Assembly (NCBI GenBank): GCA_040877915.1 | Contig: JBBDNA010000008.1 | Span: 37,846-101,845, forward strand | Length of the DNA stretch: 64,000 bases | Reading direction: 5' to 3' | From: Dehalococcoidia bacterium | GTDB lineage: Bacteria > Chloroflexota > Dehalococcoidia > SM23-28-2 > RBG-16-64-32 | Shown here: positions 24,330 through 33,132 of the stretch, in pieces | Numbering within the stretch: the stretch's first letter is position 1 | How the letters are laid out: each line of letters begins with the position of its first letter | Program-made: the position numbers and the translations under genes | The notes under the pieces: generated by a model | What the model saw: only the letters and a program-made list of their open reading frames with translations | Databases searched by the model: none | Told to the model about the DNA's origin: nothing

Positions 24330-24480
24330 AAAAAAGGCCCCGCTCCACTCGAAGCTCTGAGGCCTTCCTACGCCTGCGGGCTTAGCTCAACGGTTCGGGC
24401 TGAAAGGCTTGCCCTACTCGCTCGCGCGAGATTCACCGACCGGTCGTGCTTCGCCCGCTTCCCTGGGGAACTCGGCGACT
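24330..24480 (-). promoter_or_regulatory. probable ydaO-yuaA (cyclic-di-AMP) riboswitch with intrinsic terminator
   Basis: The minus strand reads ...GUCGCCGAGUUCCCCAGGGAAGCGGGCGAAGCACGACCGGUCGGUGAAUCUCGCGCGAGCGAGUAGGGCAAGCCUUUCAGCCCGAACCGUUGAGCUAAGCCCGCAGGCGUAGG. The blocks GGUGAAUC, GUAGGG and CCCGAACC.GU..AGCUAA.C..GCA.GCGU match the ydaO consensus as I recall it. It is followed by AAGGCCUC...GGGGCCUU plus U6 (24330-24366). A TAGAAT -10 lies at 24481-24486. Confidence 0.55.
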
Positions 24481-24584
24481 ATTCTACCTGTGTCCACTTA
24501 CTACAACGCGGCAGCACGCGCTGCGTTTCTCCCAAACGCGCTTGCGGCGACGATATTCCGGAGATTCGCCGCCCGCATCGAGGC

Positions 24585-25559
24585 GTGCGATACCATAGCC
24601 CCACCATGGAACCGCGCGCCGGGACCGCCCAGCCACTCTCTCCCGCCCCCGCCGACACGCTCTCGGGCCGCCTCACACACACCCTCGCCCTCGCCGGCAT
24701 CCTCGGCATCTCCTTCTCCGCCATCCTCGTTCGCCAGGCCGGCGTCTCCCCCGGCACCGCCGCCTTCTTTCGCACCGCCTATGCCGTTCCTGTTCTTTTC
24801 GCCGTCTGGTTCCTCGGCCGGGCCTCCGACCCTCGCTCCCCGTCCACGCGTCTGGTCGCCGCCGGCGCCGGCCTGTTCCTCGCCGTCGACCTCACCCTCT
24901 GGCACCACTCCATAGACCTGATCGGCGCCGGTCTGGCCACCGTACTCGCCAACACCCAGGTCGCCTTCGTCGGCCTCATCGCCTGGCTCCTCTATCGCGA
25001 GCGGCCCACCCGGTTGGCCCTGCTCACGATACCCATCGTCTTCCTGGGCGTCGCGCTGATCTCCGGCCTCGGCCGCGACGACGCCTTCGGGGACGACCCC
25101 CTGGGCGGAGTCGCCTTCGGTGTCGCCGCCGGCCTCTCCTATGCCGGCTTCCTCCTCGTCTTCCGCGCCTCCAGCCGCGATCTGGCGCCGCCGGCCGGAC
25201 CGCTGCTCGACGCGACGGCCGGCGCCGCCCTCGGCTCGCTGGCCCTCGCCATCCTCGACCCCGACTTCAGCTTCACGCCCTCCTGGCCGGAGCACGGCTG
25301 GCTGCTGACCCTCGCCCTCGTCGCTCAGGTCATGGGCTGGCTGCTCATCGCCGTCGCCCTGCCCCGGCTCCCCGCGCTGGAGACGTCGGTCCTGCTGCTG
25401 CTCCAGCCCATGACCACCGTACTCTGGGCCTCCATCCTGTTCACGGAGCGCCTGTCGCCGCCGCAGTGGGCCGGCGTGGCGCTCGTCCTCGGCGGCGTGG
25501 CCGCCCTCTCCTGGCGCGGCAGCGTGGAGCGACCGGCCAGCGCCCCCGCCGAGCCCTGA
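24585..25559 (+). CDS. DMT superfamily (EamA-like) transporter
   Basis: 324 aa with about 10 hydrophobic segments in two EamA-like halves. The start is uncertain (GTG 24585 or ATG 24606). Confidence 0.75.
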   Translation: MRYHSPTMEPRAGTAQPLSPAPADTLSGRLTHTLALAGILGISFSAILVRQAGVSPGTAAFFRTAYAVPVLFAVWFLGRASDPRSPSTRLVAAGAGLFLAVDLTLWHHSIDLIGAGLATVLANTQVAFVGLIAWLLYRERPTRLALLTIPIVFLGVALISGLGRDDAFGDDPLGGVAFGVAAGLSYAGFLLVFRASSRDLAPPAGPLLDATAGAALGSLALAILDPDFSFTPSWPEHGWLLTLALVAQVMGWLLIAVALPRLPALETSVLLLLQPMTTVLWASILFTERLSPPQWAGVALVLGGVAALSWRGSVERPASAPAEP

Positions 25560-25656
25560 CCGGGGCGGCGGGGGCACCCGGCCCGCCGCAGGTAGTGTAA
25601 GATTGGTCTGCGGCAAACCCAGTATCGCCAGACCTAGCCCGAAAGGTAGGCGCGCC

Positions 25657-26886
25657 ATGGCCCAGGCCGAACCTATCGCCTTCAACCCCCTCGACCCCGG
25701 CTTTCGCATCGACCCCTATCCCGTATACCGGCGCCTCCTGGCCGAGGACCCCGTCCACGAGACCTCCTTCGGCGCCCGCGTGTTCAGCCGCTACGACGAC
25801 TGCGTGGCCGTCCTCAAGGACCAGCGCCGCTGGAGCAGCGACTTCCGCAACTCGGAGTACATGCCGATCGCGACCATCGAGGACGATATTCTCGGTGAGG
25901 CCCGGCCCTTCCTCTTCCTCGACCCGCCGGACCACACCCGCCTCCGCAGCCTGGTCAGCAAGGCGTTCACCCCCCGCGTCGTCGAGACCCTCCGCCCTCG
26001 CATCCAGGCGATCGTCGACGAGCTGCTGGACGCCGCCGCCGGGAAGGGCTCGCTGGAGATCATCGAGGACCTGGCCTACCCGCTGCCGGTCATCGTCATC
26101 TGCGAGATGATGGGCGTACCGTCCGGCGACCACGCCGAGTTCCGGGAGTGGTCGCGTGAGCTGGCCCGCGCCCTGGACCCCGAGCCGTTCATCGCTCCCG
26201 AGGTGATGGAGCGACGCCGCAAGGCTATAGCCTGGTTCGACGAGCTGTTCCTCAAGCTCATCGCCGAACGCCGCCGCCAGCCCCGCGAGGACCTGCTCAG
26301 CGCCCTGATCGCGGCCGAGGAGCAGGGCGACAAGCTAACGGAGGCGGAGCTGCTGTCCACCGCCCGCCTCATCCTCATCGCCGGACACGAGACGACGGTC
26401 AACCTCATCGGCAATGGCACCCTCGCCCTCCTCCGTCACCCCGACCAGCTCCGCCTCCTTCGCGACGACCCCTCCCTGGCCCGGAGCGCGACGGAGGAGG
26501 TGCTCCGCTACGACCCGCCCGTCCAGTACACCGGCCGCATTGCCCTGGAGGAGATGGAGGTCGCCGGCGTCCGCTTCCGCCGCGGCCAGCAGGTGGTCAC
26601 GCTCATCGGCGCCGCCAACCGCGACCCGGCCCAGTTCGAGGACCCGGAGAGGTTCGACATCACTCGCGGCGACGACCGCCACCTGGCCTTCGGGTTCGGC
26701 ATCCACTACTGCCTCGGCGCCCCCCTGGCCCGCGTCGAGGGCCAGATAGCGCTCTCGACCCTCGTTCGCCGCTTCGACGATCTTGAGCTGCTGGTGGAGC
26801 AGCCGGAGTACAAGGAGAACATCGTACTGCGCGGGCTGGCGGCCCTCCCCGTCGGGTTCGGAAAGGTCGCCTCGAAGACGGGTTAG
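25657..26886 (+). CDS. cytochrome P450
   Basis: 409 aa from ATG 25657 (MAQAEPIAFNPLDP). AGHETT (I-helix), EVLRYDPP (ExxR) and the heme loop FGFGIHYCLGAPLA. Confidence 0.9.
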   Translation: MAQAEPIAFNPLDPGFRIDPYPVYRRLLAEDPVHETSFGARVFSRYDDCVAVLKDQRRWSSDFRNSEYMPIATIEDDILGEARPFLFLDPPDHTRLRSLVSKAFTPRVVETLRPRIQAIVDELLDAAAGKGSLEIIEDLAYPLPVIVICEMMGVPSGDHAEFREWSRELARALDPEPFIAPEVMERRRKAIAWFDELFLKLIAERRRQPREDLLSALIAAEEQGDKLTEAELLSTARLILIAGHETTVNLIGNGTLALLRHPDQLRLLRDDPSLARSATEEVLRYDPPVQYTGRIALEEMEVAGVRFRRGQQVVTLIGAANRDPAQFEDPERFDITRGDDRHLAFGFGIHYCLGAPLARVEGQIALSTLVRRFDDLELLVEQPEYKENIVLRGLAALPVGFGKVASKTG

Positions 26887-26897
26887 GGCAGCCCGGC

Positions 26898-28580
26898 CTA
26901 AAGGCGCGGGGCCAGGAACCGCTGCGTTATGATCTTCACCGCGTCGCCGAAGTCGTAGAGATCGTCGCCGTTGGCGTCGGCCGCCAGCGGGCAGGCCGTC
27001 TCCGGCCCCTCTTCCAACAGTTCGGCGATCACCCAGGCCGCGTCGGCGACGTTCGAGAAGCCGTCGCAGTTGGCGTCGCCCGGCGGCGCCTGGTCGGCGC
27101 TGACGCTGCCCGGCTCCCCCGCCTCGCCCGACCACAACGCCTCGATGTCACTGATTTCCATCGTCGCGTCCGCTCCCGGCAGCTCCGCCAGCGAAGGATC
27201 GTCGCCCAGCACGTCCCCGCCCGAGCCGGAGGCGTCCCGGTCCTCCACGTGGCATTCGGCAACGGCGCGCAGGCCCGTGGCCCCCGCAACAACGTTCACC
27301 GGGATGATACTGGTCACGCGGTTGACACCGGGCGCCACAACCGTGCGCGTGTTGGCCGTCTTCACGGTCTCCCCTTCAGCGGAGCCCGGATCGAACCGCC
27401 GGAATTGGTTCGAGTAACCCTCGCCCAGGCCGACCTCGGCTACGCTCCAGAGGCCCGTGTCCCGCAGAAGGTCCTCCGGATACTCCTGGGGATCGTCGAG
27501 GTTGTCTCCGCCTTCGTCATCGAAGGCGATGGTGTAGCTGCAAGCGTGATCATCCAGCACCGGGTTGCCGGGCTGGGGAGGGGGGGCGCCCAGCTCCATC
27601 GAGACCAGGAACACCTCGCCGGAAGGGAATGGCTCGTCCGGGTTGTTGCACTCGGTCAGCCAGGCGTCGAAGCCACGGCCGCAGCCGTAGAGCAGGTCCA
27701 GGATCTCCGCCGCGTCCTCCGTGACGTCCATCCTGGCGACGTCGACGCTGAGGATGTCGTTCTCGCCCTGGATGAACCCAGCCGTCGCGCTCGAATCGTC
27801 GTAGAACTGACCGCCGGCGCCGTCCTCGTGCCTGTCCGCCTCAAAGCCGGCCGGCGAGGCGCCGAACGCGCCCAGGTACTCGAACCCTCCGGGAAGATCG
27901 ACGGCCACCGCCGCCGGTGGCACTCCCCGCGTCGGGTCCACGAACGACAGGGAGACGGCCGAGATGGACGCCGCTGCTGCGCCCTGCTCGTCGACCAGGT
28001 TCACGTCGGCGAACTCGTCGGACGTCGCCAGTAATCCCTGCGCGACGCGGCCGCTGGCCTCCGAGAGGCTCCCGGCCAGAGGAATCGGCGCCGCGTTGCG
28101 CACCGCTCCTCCGGACAGCGTCGTGTCGAAGTTGAAGTCCATCGTCCAGGCCAGCAGGCCGGCCGTCCCGGACGGGCCGGTGATCGCGCCGGTTGTCGCC
28201 GCGTTGGCGCTGGCCACAAGCTCTATCGGCGCGTCGGCGCCGTTCGCAGTTACCGCCCCGCTCAGCGAGAACGCGGGAACGTCGAAAGCCGCGCCGTCGG
28301 GCCCAGCGTTGATCGTCGCCGTGCCGGCTAGCTCCACGGTCTGCGCCTGCTGCCCCAGCGCCGGCGCCGAGCTTGCCGCCGCCTCGATCAGCTGCAGGGT
28401 TATCGAGCCGCTAACGTCCAGGGGCTGCTCCCCCGGCGTAAGGGGACCGGTCGCTCCGGCGCCGTCGCCGCCGTCACCGCCGTTACCGCCATCGCCATCG
28501 CCGTCGCCGTCGCAGGCTATCGCCGCGGACGCCAGTAGCGCCGCGATGAGAAGGGGGGCCAGGAGCCGACGAAGACGCAT
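26898..28580 (-). CDS. secreted protein with C-terminal dockerin-like double EF-hand module
   Basis: 560 aa from ATG 28580 with a GGAGG RBS. Signal peptide MRLRRLLAPLLIAALLASAAIAC, then a DG-rich linker. C-terminus DANCDGFSNVADAAWVIAELL...DANGDDLYDFGDAVKIITQRF is two D-x-N-x-D-(G/D)-x5-D repeats. Confidence 0.65.
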   Translation of the reverse strand: MRLRRLLAPLLIAALLASAAIACDGDGDGDGGNGGDGGDGAGATGPLTPGEQPLDVSGSITLQLIEAAASSAPALGQQAQTVELAGTATINAGPDGAAFDVPAFSLSGAVTANGADAPIELVASANAATTGAITGPSGTAGLLAWTMDFNFDTTLSGGAVRNAAPIPLAGSLSEASGRVAQGLLATSDEFADVNLVDEQGAAAASISAVSLSFVDPTRGVPPAAVAVDLPGGFEYLGAFGASPAGFEADRHEDGAGGQFYDDSSATAGFIQGENDILSVDVARMDVTEDAAEILDLLYGCGRGFDAWLTECNNPDEPFPSGEVFLVSMELGAPPPQPGNPVLDDHACSYTIAFDDEGGDNLDDPQEYPEDLLRDTGLWSVAEVGLGEGYSNQFRRFDPGSAEGETVKTANTRTVVAPGVNRVTSIIPVNVVAGATGLRAVAECHVEDRDASGSGGDVLGDDPSLAELPGADATMEISDIEALWSGEAGEPGSVSADQAPPGDANCDGFSNVADAAWVIAELLEEGPETACPLAADANGDDLYDFGDAVKIITQRFLAPRL

Positions 28581-28683
28581 GAAGACCTCCATACACGGGC
28601 CCGGACGCCGCGCGATCTTGGCCGTGCGCGGCGGTTCGACAAGTATATACCAGCCTTCGTGCCTGACGTACAATAGTGCCGCC

Positions 28684-30105
28684 GTGGAACCCCGAATCCA
28701 GTACGCCCAGACCGAAGACGGCGTCAGCATCGCCTACTGGTCCCTCGGCCAGGGCGTACCCATCCTCTACATGCGGGGCGCCCCGTTCACACACCTCCAG
28801 ATGGAGTGGCAACGCGCCACCTACCGGCAATGGTATGAACCGATGCTGGAGCGCTGGAGAGTCGTCTGCTTCGACACGCGCGGCTCCGGCATGTCCGAAC
28901 GCGGCGTTAGCGACTTTTCGGTGGAGGCCCAGGCTCTGGACATCGCCGCCGTCGCCGACAGGCTGGAACTCGATTCCTTCGCCCTGATGGCGTCCACGTC
29001 CTCCGGGCTCGCGGCGGTCCAGTACGCGGCTGTGAACCCGCAACGAGTGTCCCACCTGGCCCTGATTGACGGCTACCCGAGCGGCCCTGAGTTCTTCGAC
29101 ATTCCTCAGGTCAAGGCCTTTCGGGCCATGCTGGACGCCGACTGGGATATGTTCACGGAGACACTGGCCCAGGTGCTGTTCGGCTGGTCCGGGGGCGAGA
29201 AGGCCCGAGAGATGGCGGCGCTCCTGCGCGGGTGCGTGGAGCAGCAGCAGGCCATCGCCTTCATGGACACCATCGCCAGCGTGGACGTGACGCCGCTGCT
29301 GGCCCAGATTACGCAAGCCACTGTTGTGTTGCACCACGCCTCGATACCCTTCCCCACCATGGACACGACGCGCCTGCTGGCTTCGAGGATCGCGGACTCC
29401 CGCCTCGTCGTGCTGGAGGGTAACTGGGAGACGCCGGGTATCGACCTCGACGTCCTTATCCGCGCCCTGGAGGACCTCCTGGGCACCGGCGCCCCGGCCG
29501 CCGCTCTCTCCAGCGGCACGTCCGGCGGGCTGGCCACCATACTGTTCACCGACATCGAAGGCTCCACCGCGCTTACCCAGCGCCTAGGCGACGCCAGGGC
29601 CCGCGACCTCATCCGCCAGCACGAGCGCCTCGTCCGCGAGCAGCTGGCCGCCCACGGCGGCGCCGAGGTCAAGACCATGGGCGACGGCTTCATGGCCTCC
29701 TTCTCCTCCGCCACCCGCGCCCTGGAGTGCGCCGCCGCCATGCAGCGCGCCTTCGCGGAGCGAAACGCCTCCCTCCCCGCTCGCCCTGAGCCTGTCGAAG
29801 GGCGAGGCCCCGCTCATGGTTCGACAGGCTCACCACGAGCGGAAGCGGCAAGCGAACCCCTGCACATCCGCATTGGCCTCAACGCCGGCGAGCCCATCGC
29901 CGAGGAGCAGGACCTTTTCGGCACCGCCGTCATCGCCGCCGCCCGCATCGCCGCCATGGCCGAAGGCGGCGAGATCCTGGTCTCCGACGTCGTCCGCCAG
30001 CTCGTCGCCGGCAAGGGGTTCATGTTCGCCGACCGCGGCGACGCCGAGCTGCGCGGCTTCGATGACCCCGTCCGCATCTACGAGCTGCGCTGGCGCGAAG
30101 AGTAA
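28684..30105 (+). CDS. alpha/beta-hydrolase fused to a class III adenylate/guanylate cyclase domain
   Basis: The N-terminal half is an alpha/beta hydrolase (FDTRGSGMSE, ALMASTSSG nucleophile-elbow-like). The C-terminal half has ILFTDIEGSTALTQRLGD...KTMGDGFMASF...RIGLNAGEP, the cyclase catalytic core. The GTG 28684 start is inferred, because the ORF-track extension back to 27964 is antisense to the neighbouring gene. Confidence 0.8.
   Translation: MEPRIQYAQTEDGVSIAYWSLGQGVPILYMRGAPFTHLQMEWQRATYRQWYEPMLERWRVVCFDTRGSGMSERGVSDFSVEAQALDIAAVADRLELDSFALMASTSSGLAAVQYAAVNPQRVSHLALIDGYPSGPEFFDIPQVKAFRAMLDADWDMFTETLAQVLFGWSGGEKAREMAALLRGCVEQQQAIAFMDTIASVDVTPLLAQITQATVVLHHASIPFPTMDTTRLLASRIADSRLVVLEGNWETPGIDLDVLIRALEDLLGTGAPAAALSSGTSGGLATILFTDIEGSTALTQRLGDARARDLIRQHERLVREQLAAHGGAEVKTMGDGFMASFSSATRALECAAAMQRAFAERNASLPARPEPVEGRGPAHGSTGSPRAEAASEPLHIRIGLNAGEPIAEEQDLFGTAVIAAARIAAMAEGGEILVSDVVRQLVAGKGFMFADRGDAELRGFDDPVRIYELRWREE
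29777..29842. repeat. 66-bp hairpin (MITE-like) element inserted in frame inside the cyclase domain
   Basis: ccgctcgccctgagcctgtcgaagggc-gaggccccgctcat-ggttcgacaggctcaccacgagcgg. The arms are inverted copies of the motif seen at 91-174, 7745-7903 and 14113-14142. It is exactly 22 codons and encodes ARPEPVEGRGPAHGSTGSPRAE. Confidence 0.65.
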
Positions 30106-30216
30106 CAGGATGCGACCGCCGGACGAGCGCGGCCTCGCAACCCAGACGGTGACGCGTACGTCAACGTAGGAGTATAATCAGGCTCGGCCACGCCCCATCT
30201 AGAAGGAGTACACACC

Positions 30217-31059
30217 ATGGGCAAGCTTCAGGACAAGGTCGCCATTGTTACCGGCGCCAGCTCCGGCATCGGCCTGGCCGTTGCCAGGGCGCTCGGCGCC
30301 GAAAGCGCCGCCGTCGTCCTCGCCGGACGCACCGCCGGACCGATGGAGGAAGCGGCCAACGAGATCGCCGCCAACTCCGGCAAGGCCTCCGTTCAGCAGG
30401 TGGACGTCCGCGACGAGAAGCAGATGCGCGACCTCGTGGACGGCGCCGTCAAGGAGTTCGGCAAGCTGGACATCATGATCAACAACGCCGGCATCAACCC
30501 CTTCGACAACCTCATCGAGGGCGACGTCGCCCGCTGGCGGGAGACGATGGACACCAACGTCATCGGCCTCGCCCTCGGCTGCCGCGAGGCCTACCGCGTC
30601 ATGCAGGGCAAAGGCGGCCACATCGTCAACGTGACCAGCGTCGCCGCCCGCTACTCGGAACCGGACAGCCCCATCTACGCCGCCTCCAAGCACGCCGCCG
30701 GCGCCATCACGGAATCCCTCCGCGTCGCCCTCCAGGGCAAGAACATCCGCGTAACCGCCGTCATGCCCGGCGCCGTCGCCACCAGCCTCGTCCGCATGAT
30801 GACCCAGGAGCAGCTGGACGGCATCGCCCGCATGTTCGGGATCGACCCCGCGGAGGCGGGCGTGCAGCCGGGCCAGCAGATCCCCCAGGAGATGATCGAC
30901 CGCGTGCTAGCCGTGGCCAAGAACGTCGTCCTGCGCCCGGAGGACGTGGCCGCGGCCGTGGTGTTCGCCGTCTCCCAGCCCGAGACGGTCAACATCAACG
31001 AGATCATGGTGAGGCCCTTGCAGCAGCTGCAGATGCCGGGGATGAACCTGCCGGCCTAG
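30217..31059 (+). CDS. SDR family oxidoreductase
   Basis: 280 aa with TGASSGIG, NNAG and YAASKHA (Y-x3-K). Confidence 0.9.
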   Translation: MGKLQDKVAIVTGASSGIGLAVARALGAESAAVVLAGRTAGPMEEAANEIAANSGKASVQQVDVRDEKQMRDLVDGAVKEFGKLDIMINNAGINPFDNLIEGDVARWRETMDTNVIGLALGCREAYRVMQGKGGHIVNVTSVAARYSEPDSPIYAASKHAAGAITESLRVALQGKNIRVTAVMPGAVATSLVRMMTQEQLDGIARMFGIDPAEAGVQPGQQIPQEMIDRVLAVAKNVVLRPEDVAAAVVFAVSQPETVNINEIMVRPLQQLQMPGMNLPA

Positions 31060-31071
31060 GGTGACCGTCGC

Positions 31072-31536
31072 GTGTCGCCCATTCCCGTCCGCGAGGCCCG
31101 GCCCGACGACTTCCAGCCGCTGGTGGCCCTGCTCGACCAGATGGACGACAGCATGTACCAGGGGCCGAAGGTCGACGATCCGGCGGCGTTGCGGGCCCTG
31201 TACGATTCGATACTCGCCGACCCCGACCAGCGCATCCTCGTCGCCGAGGACGGCGGCCGCATCGTCGGCACGGCCCACGTGATGGTCCTGCGGCACTTCC
31301 GGCGCAAGCTCTCACGCTCGGCAGTCGTCGAGGGGGTAATGGTCGATCCGGCTGCCCGTCGCGGTGGCGTGGGCGCCGCCCTCATGCGCGCCGCCGCCGA
31401 ATACGCCCGCGGGGCCGGCTGCTACAAGCTGGACCTCACCTCGAACGCGGCCCGCGCCGGCGCCCACCGCTTCTACAGCCGCCTGGGCTGGAAGCGCAGC
31501 CACTACGGGTACAGCCTGGAGCTGCCGCCGGGCTGA
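31072..31536 (+). CDS. GNAT family N-acetyltransferase
   Basis: 154 aa with the motif A sequence RRGGVGAALMRAA. Confidence 0.85.
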   Translation: MSPIPVREARPDDFQPLVALLDQMDDSMYQGPKVDDPAALRALYDSILADPDQRILVAEDGGRIVGTAHVMVLRHFRRKLSRSAVVEGVMVDPAARRGGVGAALMRAAAEYARGAGCYKLDLTSNAARAGAHRFYSRLGWKRSHYGYSLELPPG

Positions 31537-31566
31537 AGCCCGACCTTCGGGGGTGGAACGGATCGG

Positions 31567-32994
31567 CTACAGGCTCTTCAGGTAGCCGTGGATGGCTTCC
31601 GCGGCCCGCCGGCCGTCGGCCAGCGCCGTCACCACCAGGTCCGCGCCGTTCACGTTGTCCCCCCCGGCGAACACACCCTTGCGGCTGGTGCTGAAGTCCT
31701 CGTCCACGCGGATCAGGTTCCCGCGGTCCGTGTGCAGCCCCGGCGTCGTGTCCTGCAGCAGGTCGTCGGCGCTGTAGCCGATGGCGAGCACCACCGTGTC
31801 CGCCGGCATCGTGAACTCCGACCCCGGTACCGGCTCCGGGCGTCGCCGCCCGCTCTCGTCTGGTTCGCCCAGCCGCATCCGCACACACTCCGCCCCGCTC
31901 ACCCTCCCGTTCTCTCCGACGAACCGCGTGGGCACCGTCAGGTACTGGAACTGCACCCCTTCCTCGCGGGCGTGGCGACGCTCCTCCTCCCGCCCCTTCT
32001 GCTCGTGCTCCGTGCGACGGTACATGCAGGTCACGGTCTCCGCGCCCAGCCGTATCGCCGTCCTAACGCAGTCCATAGACGTGTCTCCGCCGCCGACGAC
32101 GAGCACGTTCTTCCCCACCGGCAGCGGCTCCCGCATGCTCTCCGGTAGCTGCTGCGGCTCCAGGTTGCCGCGCACCAGGAACTCCGTCGCCTGGTACACC
32201 TCGCCCAGCTCCTCGCCGGGGATCCGCATCTCCCCGCCCACGCCAGCGCCCGTGCCCAGGAACACCGCGTCGTATCCCTGCTGAAACAGGTCGTCGATCG
32301 TCACGTCACCGCCCACCCGCGTGTTGCAGACGAACTCCACTCCCAGCTTCTGCAGGTAGTCCAGCTTGTCCTGCAGGATCTCCTTGCGCATCTTGAAGTT
32401 CGGTATGCCGTACAGCAACACCCCGCCCGGCTCGGGCCAGGAGTCGAACACAGCGCAGGAGTGCCCCTTCTTCGTGAGCTGCTCCGCCACGGCGATCCCC
32501 GCCGGCCCGGAGCCAACGATCGCCACCTTCCTCCCCGTCGATGGCGGCAGCTCCGGCAGCGGAACGCCCTCCGTCCGCCGCTGGTAGTCCGCCACGAAAG
32601 ACTCCAGCTTCCCTATCGACACCGGCGGCTGGCGACCCATGTCCGCCGTCCGGATCGCGAAGCCGACGACGCAGGCGCCCTCGCACAGCGACTCCTGCGG
32701 GCACAGCCGCCCGCACATCTCCGGCAGCTCCGAGGTCTCCCGGAACATGTTCGCCGCCCCCATGACGTCGCCCTCTTCCAGCAGCAGGAAGGCGCCCGGG
32801 ATGTCGTTGCCGACGGGACAGGCCTCCTGACAGGGCGCGGTGGGGCAGTGGATACAGCGCTCCGCCTCTATCTGCGCTTGCTCGAGGCTGTATCCCAGGA
32901 ACGACTCGTCCCAGTTCTTGATCCGTTCCACGGGGTCCTGCTTGGGGACCGGCTGAACGGGTATCTCCAGCCTTCGATGGTTGTCACAGGGCAT
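31567..32994 (-). CDS. glutamate synthase small-subunit-like NAD(P)H-dependent Fe-S flavoprotein
   Basis: 475 aa from ATG 32994. Cys clusters CIHCPTAPCQEACPVGNDIP and CGRLCPQESLCEGACV. Two dinucleotide folds, IVGSGPAGIA and VVGGGDTSMD. Confidence 0.85.
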   Translation of the reverse strand: MPCDNHRRLEIPVQPVPKQDPVERIKNWDESFLGYSLEQAQIEAERCIHCPTAPCQEACPVGNDIPGAFLLLEEGDVMGAANMFRETSELPEMCGRLCPQESLCEGACVVGFAIRTADMGRQPPVSIGKLESFVADYQRRTEGVPLPELPPSTGRKVAIVGSGPAGIAVAEQLTKKGHSCAVFDSWPEPGGVLLYGIPNFKMRKEILQDKLDYLQKLGVEFVCNTRVGGDVTIDDLFQQGYDAVFLGTGAGVGGEMRIPGEELGEVYQATEFLVRGNLEPQQLPESMREPLPVGKNVLVVGGGDTSMDCVRTAIRLGAETVTCMYRRTEHEQKGREEERRHAREEGVQFQYLTVPTRFVGENGRVSGAECVRMRLGEPDESGRRRPEPVPGSEFTMPADTVVLAIGYSADDLLQDTTPGLHTDRGNLIRVDEDFSTSRKGVFAGGDNVNGADLVVTALADGRRAAEAIHGYLKSL

Positions 32995-33132
32995 AGTTCG
33001 TAAACGGACCTCTCCTGGCGCGTCCTCGCATTGTGTGTGCGTTAGTTTAGCAGACGCCCGCAGCAATGCAACCAGACGCCGGGAGGGGACGGCCTGCGCC
33101 GTCCCCTCCGTTACCGTTTTCGGTCTGTCAGG

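Noticed and set aside
27964-28683. 5' extension of the hydrolase-cyclase ORF back to 27964
   Set aside because: It is antisense to the well-supported dockerin-type gene (signal peptide plus RBS at 28580) and is Ala/Pro/Ser low-complexity. Recognisable alpha/beta-hydrolase sequence begins near GTG 28684.
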